Shown piece after piece: positions 25,917 to 34,545 of a DNA stretch of 44,520 nucleotides. The DNA comes from Acidimicrobiia bacterium (GTDB taxonomy: Bacteria; Actinomycetota; Acidimicrobiia; Spongiisociales; JAENVV01). A program made the translations under genes and the position numbers. The stretch covers positions 1 to 44,520 of the forward strand of contig JBFGJH010000021.1 in the NCBI GenBank assembly GCA_041577335.1, given 5' to 3'. Positions within the stretch are counted from its first letter, which is position 1, and each line of letters starts with the position of its first letter. The notes beneath the pieces are model-generated. The model saw nothing but the letters and a program-made list of their open reading frames with translations, had not been told where the DNA came from and searched no databases.

Positions 25917-27311
25917 ATGCGGATTCGCGCCGTCTTTCTTTCCCTTCTTGCTATCACGATGCTTGCCGCCACGGCTGTGCCGCTGGTGGCCGAGCCATTT
26001 GACGAGCCCGAGGTCAGCGAAGATCCCTGGGCAGGGTTCGACGACGCCCGAGACGACGCAGACCGCACCGAAGCAGTGCGCGGCTATGCCGGTGAAGGCG
26101 CCCAGGTAGAAGTGCCCGCGTTCACGCATCGCGGGTCGGGTGGCCTGGCGTTGCTCGACCCGGTTCCCGACGAAGCATGGTTTCGGTACTACCTCCGTCT
26201 CGATGAGTGGGACGCTTCGTCATCGGGCAAACTGCCCGGCTTGGCGGGGCTCTATGGAAGCTCCGGACGGGGCTGCATTCCATCGGCAGAAGGCAATCCG
26301 GGCTGGTCGGCACGCACACTCTTCGAGGCGACCGGCACCCAGGGGGCCGGCGAGGGCCAGGTGCGTTTAGGGACCTACCTCTATCACCTCGGTCAAGAAG
26401 GCACATGCGGCGATTTCATTCTCTGGGACCCGGGAGTCGTCGAGCAGGATCGCTGGTACTGCGTCGAAGGCCGGGTAGCCATGAACACGCCCGGATCCGA
26501 CGACGGTCGCGTGGACGCTTGGATCGATGGAACGCAGGTACTTGCCTGGCCGGGCGTTGGCTTCCGGCGAGACGGCGAGGAGATCGGCGTCCGCCAGTTC
26601 TGGATGAACGTCTATTTCGGTGGGTCGGTGGTGAATGCCTCGGACTTGGAAACCTCGATTGACGATCTCAAGGTGTCCACCGAGGGCCGGCTCGGTTGTC
26701 TCGACCCATTCACCGATGACAATCAAAGCGTTCATGAGGGAGAGCTCGAGGAGCTGTACGCCCGTTCCATCTTGCTCGGCTGTGACGACCAGCTCGCCTG
26801 TCCCGCCGCCAACCTCACCCGCGCCCAGATGGCTGCGTTCCTCAGCCGGGCCCTCAACCTCCCGGCAGGACCTGACGCTTTCGGCGACGACGATGGCACG
26901 TGGGCGGAGGCCAATATCAATGCCCTGGCCGCCGCCGGAATCACCTCGGGATGTGGCAACGGCAGTTTCTGTCCGAGCGAGTCGGTGACCCGTGCCCAGA
27001 TGGCCGCTTTCCTGCGACGGGCGTTCGACCTGCCCCTCGGGGAAGACATCTTCTCCGATGACGACGGTTCCTGGGCAGAGGTTGACATCAACGCCCTGGC
27101 AGCGGCGGGAATCACGGTCGGCTGTACGGCAACGGACTTCTGTCCCGAGGATCTGGTCACGCGTGCTCAGATGGCCAGTTTCCTCCGTCGCGCCCTCGGT
27201 ATTCCGGCTGGAGGAGGGACTCCGCTGTCGGCCGGACCAGGCGACATCATCGGCGAGCAAGTGCCGGCTTCGTTCGACGACTTCGACGAGCCGCTGCCTT
27301 CCGTGGATTGA
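25917..27311 (+). CDS. Secreted polysaccharide-lyase-like (PL14-type) domain plus three SLH domains
   Basis: Signal peptide; GKLPGL, GWSAR, YLYH, MNTPG..DG...AWIDG, YFGG; three TRAQMA(A/S)FL repeats. Confidence 0.75.
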   Translation: MRIRAVFLSLLAITMLAATAVPLVAEPFDEPEVSEDPWAGFDDARDDADRTEAVRGYAGEGAQVEVPAFTHRGSGGLALLDPVPDEAWFRYYLRLDEWDASSSGKLPGLAGLYGSSGRGCIPSAEGNPGWSARTLFEATGTQGAGEGQVRLGTYLYHLGQEGTCGDFILWDPGVVEQDRWYCVEGRVAMNTPGSDDGRVDAWIDGTQVLAWPGVGFRRDGEEIGVRQFWMNVYFGGSVVNASDLETSIDDLKVSTEGRLGCLDPFTDDNQSVHEGELEELYARSILLGCDDQLACPAANLTRAQMAAFLSRALNLPAGPDAFGDDDGTWAEANINALAAAGITSGCGNGSFCPSESVTRAQMAAFLRRAFDLPLGEDIFSDDDGSWAEVDINALAAAGITVGCTATDFCPEDLVTRAQMASFLRRALGIPAGGGTPLSAGPGDIIGEQVPASFDDFDEPLPSVD

Positions 27312-27396
27312 GCAGGTTGCCTGTCCTCTGATCGTCCCGACGCGCCGGCGTGGTGCTCCGGGGCAGGGGGGTGCCTCACCGGTCTCAAGTCCTTTA

Positions 27397-27460
27397 TATC
27401 GAATTTCGACTAAAAGGACTTGACTGTTGCTCGGTAAAGATTTATTGTGAAACGATAAAT
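27397..27460 (+). promoter_or_regulatory. Promoter and palindromic operators of the DUF2975-HTH operon
   Basis: TTGACT -35 at 27420; ATTTATTGTGAAACGATAAAT palindrome at 27440-27460; related TATCG-N5-CGACT at 27397. Confidence 0.6.
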
Positions 27461-27490
27461 CAATACCGATAAACAGTAAGGGAGGTAGTT

Positions 27491-28042
27491 GTGAACATGA
27501 AGGTGATCCGCTGGTCAAAGATTGCGTTTGACGTCTTGTTCTTCCTCGGGATCATTTCGATCGTGCTCATGATTGGCTTGACGGTGGCGTCGCCGGTGAT
27601 CGCCGACCTGGTCAAGGAGTCGAGCGATGCGGTGCAGTCCGGCACCCTCTTCGGCGTGGACTTCACGGTGGACACGGCCGATCTCGACACCGACACCGTG
27701 ACCCAGTTCGCATATGCGGTCGGCACCGCCATCGTGGCTTCGTTGGCAGTGGGAACCTACATCGCTCAGCAGATCCGCCGCTCGTTGCGTGCGGTACTCG
27801 ACGGGCGAGCGTTCCGGGAGGAGAACTACGGGCGGCTGCGCAGGATCGCCTATGCGACGTTTGCGTTGGTGCCAGTCGGAATCGTCACGGACAGCTGGAT
27901 GTCGACCGTGGCCGAAGGCAGCTGGCACATCGAGCTGAACCTGCCTCTTCTCACCATTGCGGGTGGCCTCCTGGCTCTCGCTGTTGCCGAGCTTTACAAG
28001 GCGGGAATCACCCTCGAGGACGAAGCCGAATTGACGGTGTGA
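27491..28042 (+). CDS. DUF2975 membrane protein
   Basis: Four TMs, G.AF..EN..RLR.IA and C-terminal G..L.DE.ELTV; paired with an HTH gene. Confidence 0.88.
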   Translation: MNMKVIRWSKIAFDVLFFLGIISIVLMIGLTVASPVIADLVKESSDAVQSGTLFGVDFTVDTADLDTDTVTQFAYAVGTAIVASLAVGTYIAQQIRRSLRAVLDGRAFREENYGRLRRIAYATFALVPVGIVTDSWMSTVAEGSWHIELNLPLLTIAGGLLALAVAELYKAGITLEDEAELTV

Positions 28043-28260
28043 TCATGCCGATCGATGTGAACCTCGACCGAGTCTTGCTGGACCGGAAAATGACGCTCAC
28101 CGAACTGGCCGACCATGTCGGGATCACCATCGCCAATCTGTCGGTTCTGAAGACCGGCAAAGCCAAGGCGGTGCGGTTCTCGACGCTGGAAGCCATCTGT
28201 GAGGCGCTCGATTGCCAGCCGGGGGACATCCTCACGTTCGTCAACGGCAAGACCGGGTGA
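28039..28260 (+). CDS. XRE/Cro-family HTH regulator (YozG-like)
   Basis: MTLTELA..VGIT.ANLSVLKTGKAKAVRFSTLEAIC..LDCQPGDIL. Confidence 0.93.
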   Translation: MIMPIDVNLDRVLLDRKMTLTELADHVGITIANLSVLKTGKAKAVRFSTLEAICEALDCQPGDILTFVNGKTG

Positions 28261-28286
28261 TCGCCGACCGACGAGCCATTCAAGTG

Positions 28287-28314
28287 ACGAGGCCGACCAA
28301 AGGGTCGGCCTCGT
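28287..28314. terminator. Hairpin terminator
   Basis: ACGAGGCCGACC-AAAG-GGTCGGCCTCGT perfect 12-bp stem. Confidence 0.75.
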
Positions 28315-28377
28315 TGTCGTTGGTAGGTGAGTGTCAGCCCCAACCCAGTTCGTGCAGGCGGCCCTGCCTGCGTTGTG

Positions 28378-28731
28378 TCAACCCCAACCCAGCTCATGCA
28401 GGCGGGCATCGTCAATGCCGAGGTGGTGGGCCATCTCGTGAAGCACCGTCTTGCGGATCTCCTCCTTGAGCTGATCGGGCGGAAGGTGGAGCTCGAGGTG
28501 AGGGAGGCGGAAAATGGTGATGGTGTCGGGCATCACCCCGAAGTAGTCGATGCCCCGGTCGGCAAGGCTGACCCCTTCGTAGAGGCCCAGCAGCCCTTCC
28601 CCGTGAGGATCCTGTTCGGCTGACGGTTGGTCGGCAACAACGACGTGCAGGTTGTCGATGGCGTCGTTGACCCATTCGGGCAGCTCATCGAGCGCCTCGT
28701 CCACCAGTTGCTCAAACGCCCGCATTTCCAC
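28378..28731 (-). CDS. Minimal zincin-like metallopeptidase (DUF1025/Zincin_1)
   Basis: LLGLYEG, PD.ITIFR and TVLHEMAHHLGIDD. Confidence 0.9.
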   Translation of the reverse strand: MEMRAFEQLVDEALDELPEWVNDAIDNLHVVVADQPSAEQDPHGEGLLGLYEGVSLADRGIDYFGVMPDTITIFRLPHLELHLPPDQLKEEIRKTVLHEMAHHLGIDDARLHELGWG

Positions 28732-28860
28732 CGATGTATTGAACCAGACTGACGGTTTCGATGGTGGCCCGTTGCCGGCTCGAGCAATTGCACGATCTGC
28801 GATGGTTCGCTCCGGTCGAGCGCATGTGGGATATCGCCTGGCCTCGTGGGCACGTCCTGG

Positions 28861-29466
28861 TCAGTCGAGCCAACCCCGGCGTGCGGCCCGCATGAGCGCG
28901 TCGGTGCGATCTCGTGCCCCGATCCGGGCATAGAGGCGGCGGAGGCGTCGATACATCTCCCGCTCGGAGTAGCCCAGCCGCTTGCCGAGTTCTGCCACGG
29001 TCTCGCCGGCCGCCAGCGACCGAAGCGACTCCAAGTCATTGTCTTCGATGTCTCCGGAATCGGTGGCACGGGTGCCCCGTTCTGCCATCGATCGGGCAAT
29101 CCCGGCCGGCAGCACCGTGTTGTTCGCCATCGCCGCCGACAATGCGAGCAGGACTTCTTCGGCGGGAGCATCCAATGCTACGGATCCTGTTGCGCCGGCC
29201 CCCAACGACGCCTCGACAGCGGCGACGGTCATCTCGTCGACGAGAGTGACCACGACGAGGTCGGGTTCGGAGGCTTTGAGCTCGACCACCACATCCAGGT
29301 CGCACAGCTGGTGGACACCCACCAGGACGGTCGCTCCACGATGGTGCAGCAACCAAGCGCGTGGTTCGGCGATTGCTTCCAGCTGGTAGTCGGCGTCCAA
29401 GAGAGCGCTCGCCAATCCCAATGCATAGACGGGAGGAGCGTTGAACACCCCGACAACCTTGCGCAT
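28861..29466 (-). CDS. NarL/LuxR-type regulator with degenerate receiver domain
   Basis: C-terminal HTH LAAGETVAELGKRLGYSERE...; receiver acidic and Lys residues absent. Confidence 0.8.
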   Translation of the reverse strand: MRKVVGVFNAPPVYALGLASALLDADYQLEAIAEPRAWLLHHRGATVLVGVHQLCDLDVVVELKASEPDLVVVTLVDEMTVAAVEASLGAGATGSVALDAPAEEVLLALSAAMANNTVLPAGIARSMAERGTRATDSGDIEDNDLESLRSLAAGETVAELGKRLGYSEREMYRRLRRLYARIGARDRTDALMRAARRGWLD

Positions 29467-29661
29467 CCACACCCCGTTTCAACTGCCCCCAGCCCGCCAC
29501 GGTGTGCTGATCGAACCCTACACCCCGACCCGGCGCCCGTCATGATCCCGCCAGATCTGGCCGAAGTCCGACGTCACTTGTCATGGTGGCCGCATCGCTT
29601 CGCGGCCACTCTCTGTAGTGAGGAGTTGGGGAATCATCGCACTACCAGAAGGGGGACTGTC

Positions 29662-31893
29662 GTGGCACAGAAGCGCCCGTCAAAGCGGATCAAGGGCAGG
29701 CTGGAGTTCGTCGGTTTCACCGATGATGACGAGGCCCCTCGTTTGGAGGTGCGTCTGCTCGACGGGGACGGGAAGACCGTCGAGACAGCCCAGATCGGGG
29801 ACGGCGGAGCCTTTGACCTTTCGGCGGCTCAGCTGGAGAAAGCTGAGCGGGTCCTGATCGGCCCGGCCGAGGCCGATCCCACGAGCGCTGACAGGGGGGT
29901 CTTTCGCGAGTATTCAGCTGATCGGTTCATGGCGTCCATCGAGTCGGGAACGCTGGCAATCGCCGAAGCAGCCTGGAAGAAGTGGATTTTCTGGTTCCGG
30001 TGCGTCAGTGGTTCGGTGCGCCGGTGCTACCCCAAACCGTGGATCATCGACACGCTCATTTCTCGGGCAGAGCTGACTCCTTTTGTGCGCAGCGCACAGC
30101 TGTCGACCGGCAATCTCGGCGAGCGGCTCTCTCTCGCTGACCCCGCCCCCACCTTTGCCGGGCGGGCGAGCTTGCCGTCGCTCCAGCTCTGGCCGTGGCG
30201 GTGCTCGCCCGTATGTCACGGCGTGGTCGAGGTATATCGCCGTCGCTGCTGTTGTCCTCCGATCGTCATCTTCGATCCTCGCATTCCCGAGATCATCGAA
30301 TGGCTCGAGGATCCGCCCTTCCCGATCCCCGAGCCCGAACCGGACCCACCGTTCCCGATCCCCTTCCCTGAGCCGGGTCCGGACCCGGTGCCGTTTGAGC
30401 GCCTCGATCGGGTGGTCACTGCTGGAGCACTCGACCTCATCAAGGTCAACGCGAGCCGCGACCTGGCGGCGCTCAAGCAGTTGGCGCCTGCCGAACAGGT
30501 CGCCTATCTCAACGCCCGCTCCTACTTGTGGTGTAGTTGCGGCACGCCGACGAAGGTGGCCGACGGGACCATCCAGGACGATGGAACCTTCTCGATCTGC
30601 TGGCAGGAACCGCTCTTCTTGAGTCCGGCGTGGTGTCACGACGAGTTCGCCTACGTGGTGAAGCAGCCCCGCTTCGGGACGCTGATCACCATCTACAACG
30701 GGGTGGCCGCCAACCAGTGGTTCCATGCCGGAGACAACCCGAACCTGACCTCCTACAGCCCCTTCGCCGTGGGCTGCAAAGAACCAGTGGTGCCCGGCGA
30801 CGGGGCCTTTGTGGTCCTTCAGGACTTGGGCGACACCGAGTCGCACCGCCTGGCGACACCCAACCAGGACGGGGTCTTCTCGGTGGGCAGCCCGCTGTAC
30901 AACAGCGGGCTACTGGACCCGGTGGCCAGCCCCGCTGCCGCGATCGGCAAGAACAAGAACCGGAACCTGGGTGGCACCGTACGGCTGCGCTACGAGTTCA
31001 CCGACGGCATGGCCGCCCTGGGCGCTGTGTACTACCGGGTCAGCGTTGCCGCTGCCGACAACGCCGGCGACCCGATTGGCTCGTTTGCGCCGCTGCCCGT
31101 GCCGCAATGGAAGTTCTGGGAGATATCGAGCGGCAACGACGGCACCCACTCGCTCGGCCCCGTCACGGTCGGGGGCGAGAGCAACCTGTATGTGATCCCC
31201 TTCGACGGCGTGGCGCCACTCAGCGCCAACGACGAGTGGCACGATGGCCAGTACCACGCATTGCTGGATACGTCGGCCAAGCAAGAGGGGCGTTACTTGG
31301 TGGCAGTCGAGGTCTTCGACGGCGGCGGTAACCGTCTCCGGCCGAGCGGCGCAACGGGCGCCGGAACCGACAAGCCGTTCACCTTCCGGCGTTGGGTGTC
31401 ACCGGGCACTACCACTCCGGTGGCCTACGCAGCCCTCACGCATATGTTGTGGTGGGACAATCGCAAGGCCAAGGCGGAGATCGTCGACATCCGAAAGAAC
31501 GGCGCGGCCAGCTCGGCCCAGTGCCAGTTCCTGGTGGGGGCGGCGCTCGATACCGTGTCGGTGGGCTACCGGGCCTACCACCTCAAGCCGGACGCCGTGC
31601 AGCCAGGATTCATCCTGCGTCACAGCTTGACCTTGCGACGGGGCCTGGCCGGTCCCAGTTGGAACATCGCCATGGACACCGGCGTCAACGTGGGCGGCCC
31701 CGGTGCGGTCCCGCCGCACCAGTCCCAGGCGAAGACCTTCGCTGATTTGCTTGCTCCACCGCCGGCAGGGCTCACGAAGTGTGCTTTCTCGCTGGTACTC
31801 GATGTGGTCACGAAGACCACCAACGGGGAGGGCCACAGCACTGCCTTCGATGCTCGGGACCAGGCGGCCTTCGCCGCCGAAGTGACACCGTGA
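29662..31893 (+). CDS. Large Cys/Pro-rich hypothetical protein (743 aa)
   Basis: GTG start with GGGGGA RBS; 14 Cys; DPPFPIP repeat; the ORF track's N-terminal extension is antisense to the regulator. Confidence 0.8.
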   Translation: MAQKRPSKRIKGRLEFVGFTDDDEAPRLEVRLLDGDGKTVETAQIGDGGAFDLSAAQLEKAERVLIGPAEADPTSADRGVFREYSADRFMASIESGTLAIAEAAWKKWIFWFRCVSGSVRRCYPKPWIIDTLISRAELTPFVRSAQLSTGNLGERLSLADPAPTFAGRASLPSLQLWPWRCSPVCHGVVEVYRRRCCCPPIVIFDPRIPEIIEWLEDPPFPIPEPEPDPPFPIPFPEPGPDPVPFERLDRVVTAGALDLIKVNASRDLAALKQLAPAEQVAYLNARSYLWCSCGTPTKVADGTIQDDGTFSICWQEPLFLSPAWCHDEFAYVVKQPRFGTLITIYNGVAANQWFHAGDNPNLTSYSPFAVGCKEPVVPGDGAFVVLQDLGDTESHRLATPNQDGVFSVGSPLYNSGLLDPVASPAAAIGKNKNRNLGGTVRLRYEFTDGMAALGAVYYRVSVAAADNAGDPIGSFAPLPVPQWKFWEISSGNDGTHSLGPVTVGGESNLYVIPFDGVAPLSANDEWHDGQYHALLDTSAKQEGRYLVAVEVFDGGGNRLRPSGATGAGTDKPFTFRRWVSPGTTTPVAYAALTHMLWWDNRKAKAEIVDIRKNGAASSAQCQFLVGAALDTVSVGYRAYHLKPDAVQPGFILRHSLTLRRGLAGPSWNIAMDTGVNVGGPGAVPPHQSQAKTFADLLAPPPAGLTKCAFSLVLDVVTKTTNGEGHSTAFDARDQAAFAAEVTP

Positions 31894-31898
31894 GCTCG

Positions 31899-31929
31899 TG
31901 ACGCGCGTCGCCTCCGGCGGCGCGCGTCA
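31899..31929 (+). terminator. Hairpin after the Cys/Pro-rich gene
   Basis: TGACGCGCGTCGCC-TCC-GGCGGCGCGCGTCA. Confidence 0.6.
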
Positions 31930-32194
31930 GCTCTGCAGGCGTGTCCCGCCTCCTCCGCCGGTGAGCATGCTGGCGGTCGGAGTGTGGCGAGCCGTCGTCT
32001 GCGTTGGTTTCCGGATTCGGGTTCACGCCCCCCAGGAATGGTAAACGCCTTGCCGTATCTCCATGGCCGCGACTTCGATCGAAGTCGTCAACGTCACCGC
32101 TCCTGCGCCGCGCTCGGTGGGGCAGGAGGTGATGACGGCCGATGTCGACGCCCTGGTTATCCAGCACTGACGGCAACCATCGTGCGCAGCTGGC

Positions 32195-32542
32195 TCACGA
32201 TCTCGAGAGCAGCCGGTCGCGATGGAGGTAGACGATCAGTGCCAGGAGCGGAACGTGGATCGCGGGCAGGTTTCTGGCCAGCGCTCGGGGCAGGTAGATG
32301 TCGGTGACGGAGCCGCTATCGGCACCGAGACGTTCCGCCACATCGGTGAGTGGGCAACGAGCGCCGTTGAGCAGGTAGACGAGGCTCTCTCCGGCGACGG
32401 TTGCCCCGGCAACCGCTACGCGGGGCCCCGATCGCTTGGTCAAACCGGCAAAGACCAGATAGGCAACCGACAGCTCCACCGACAGCCAGATCAGCGTGTG
32501 AACGGTCTTCACCGCCGTGAGAGCGCCGCTGTCGGAGCTCAT
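32195..32542 (-). CDS. Small membrane protein (DUF2784-like)
   Basis: K.VHT.IW, CPLT..AE and DIYLP; ATGA overlap with the upstream gene. Confidence 0.7.
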   Translation of the reverse strand: MSSDSGALTAVKTVHTLIWLSVELSVAYLVFAGLTKRSGPRVAVAGATVAGESLVYLLNGARCPLTDVAERLGADSGSVTDIYLPRALARNLPAIHVPLLALIVYLHRDRLLSRS

Positions 32543-33246
32543 CCTGCGCCATCTGCCTCGACTCTGCGTTTGACGCCTCGCAAGATCGAGTGGGCAAAGT
32601 AGGCGTCGACGAGACCGAGGGGTACGGTGGCCAGCCGGACTGCCCGGGGTGCGAAGTTGGCCCGGGTGCGGAGGAGCAGCCGGGTCGACTGAGCGCCTTC
32701 CGGACGGAGCACGAACGTCCAGCTGAAGTCGATGTAGTCGCCGCCTTCGACCAGCCGCTTTTCGAGTTGGTACAGCGCTTCGTGGTCGGTGGGGTCGATC
32801 GGGTGGCCTCGGTATGGATGGCGGATCGAGGAATAGACGATCGCCCGCTCATGCTCGAGCTGTCGCACCCAGAAGTAAGCCGCGTAGTCGGGCCCGTCAG
32901 GAACCACGTCGCCGACCGAGAGATTCTGGTATTCGGGCAGAATCTGATCGGCGTTGCGAGCATCAACCCGCCAGATCAGTCGGTCGAGCCACACGCTCGT
33001 GTACCAGCCTCCCCGGTGGTATCCCATCTGCACCAGCCACGGCCACACCTCGCTGGGTGGCCTCCGGATCGTGGTACCACGGGTCCACTCCAGCATCGGG
33101 TGTGGGATGACGTCGTCGCCGGGCAGCGGCCCGAACGCTTCGTCGTCGGTGACCCTTGATCGCCGCGAAACCCTGCGCAGGCCGGCGGCTCCGGCGAGTG
33201 CGGCCAACACCGTTGTGGCGCGGCCGCCCGGCTTTCGAATCGGCAT
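32539..33246 (-). CDS. SRPBCC/START-like family protein
   Basis: LPGDD, TR..TI..PP..VWPWLVQMG..RGGWY, TRLL.R and LRGVKRRVE. Confidence 0.8.
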   Translation of the reverse strand: MPIRKPGGRATTVLAALAGAAGLRRVSRRSRVTDDEAFGPLPGDDVIPHPMLEWTRGTTIRRPPSEVWPWLVQMGYHRGGWYTSVWLDRLIWRVDARNADQILPEYQNLSVGDVVPDGPDYAAYFWVRQLEHERAIVYSSIRHPYRGHPIDPTDHEALYQLEKRLVEGGDYIDFSWTFVLRPEGAQSTRLLLRTRANFAPRAVRLATVPLGLVDAYFAHSILRGVKRRVEADGAG

Positions 33247-33382
33247 GCTCTCTCCTTTGCGGCCACCCAATCACCCAGCCGCCGGCGCCGGTAGGGGCAA
33301 AGGACCTGAGTGCGAACGTCCAGAGCGCTCTCGGGAGGGTGAGCGTGTGGCTTTCGCCAGGACGGCCGAGCAGGAGGCAAGT

Positions 33383-33763
33383 ATGGGAATCCGTGAGGTG
33401 ATGCGGGAGTATCTCGACAAGATCACTGCCACCGATTTCGAAGACGCCATGGCGCATTACACCGACGATGTGATCGCCCACGCCACGGGGGTGGGACCCG
33501 GGAGCGGGGTATTCGAGGGCAAGGCGGCGTTTGGTGGGTACCTGGCACAGATGACCGAGATGATGGACTCGATGAAGATCCGCGAGCACGATCTCCTGAC
33601 GAGCGACGATCATGCTGTCGTGCTCAACACCATGGAGCTGACCAGGGGTGACAAGACCTTCACCACGAATCGTGTCGTCATCTATCACTTCGAAGGCGAC
33701 AAGATCTCCGAGCTGTGGATGGTGGACGCAGATCAGCATGGCGCCGCCGAGTTCATGTCGTGA
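33383..33763 (+). CDS. SnoaL/NTF2-like protein
   Basis: YTDDV..H..G....SG.FEGK...DKISE.W; GGAGG RBS. Confidence 0.85.
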   Translation: MGIREVMREYLDKITATDFEDAMAHYTDDVIAHATGVGPGSGVFEGKAAFGGYLAQMTEMMDSMKIREHDLLTSDDHAVVLNTMELTRGDKTFTTNRVVIYHFEGDKISELWMVDADQHGAAEFMS

Positions 33764-34040
33764 GCCAGCCGTTCGGCCGACCCTGCTGGCCCCAAGCCGG
33801 TAGATCTCGTCTGCAGCCGATCGTTGGGCTGGCGAGCGCTCACCGTAAGGGAGGCGTAGCTGGTTCCGTCGGCAGGGCAGCCATACACCCTTCTCATGGA
33901 AGTCAGGTGGTGCTGGGCAGCTTCACGAGTAAGGCGCTGAGCTCAAGTTTGCGGCTGGTCTTGCCGATGAGTTGAGCGTATGCTCAAACCCATGGACAGG
34001 TACTGGAACCGCGACAACCGTGTTGCGGTTGGAAGAACCC

Positions 34041-34457
34041 ATGATGCTGTTTCGTAGGATCGCCGAGGCAGTCCTGGCCCTGCCGGCCACTGTGGTCTAT
34101 GGCATCCCTGCCGTGATTGGTGTACCGGCGGTAGCGCTCTTCGCTCTGCCGGGGGTTGTTGTCGAGCCCAGCCTGTTGATCGTGTACACGTTGGTTTTGT
34201 TGTTGTTGCTGTCCGCGTTGTTGGGTCTGACCGCAGTGTGGATTTCTATCTTCGGCGGACTGCGGCAGCGGCCCGGTTGGGTAGCCGGCGGCCTGATCAT
34301 CGGTTTGGTGGGGTCAGGCGGGTTCGTTCTCATGACGTTCTCGAACGACCGTTTCGACCTCGGCCAGACGTGGAGCTTCAACTCGTCCATCCTGTGGCCG
34401 CTGCTGCTGGTGATCCCGGTGGGGCTCAGCCGGCTGGTGGCGACTGTTCGTTCGTGA
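34041..34457 (+). CDS. Hypothetical membrane protein
   Basis: About four hydrophobic segments. Confidence 0.6.
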   Translation: MMLFRRIAEAVLALPATVVYGIPAVIGVPAVALFALPGVVVEPSLLIVYTLVLLLLLSALLGLTAVWISIFGGLRQRPGWVAGGLIIGLVGSGGFVLMTFSNDRFDLGQTWSFNSSILWPLLLVIPVGLSRLVATVRS

Positions 34458-34545
34458 TCTTCGGGCCGGGGGTCCGTGCATGCGAGGCACGCGTCCTGGA
34501 CAACCGGGCGGGCGGCGTCGAGCCGTCGGCTAGTTTCGGCAGAAG

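Noticed and set aside
28846..29661. N-terminal 272 aa of the 1015-aa ORF
   Set aside because: Antisense to the LuxR-type gene; the RBS-supported start is GTG 29662
31930..32194. Small ORFs between the Cys/Pro-rich gene and the DUF2784-like gene
   Set aside because: No convincing RBS or protein-like composition
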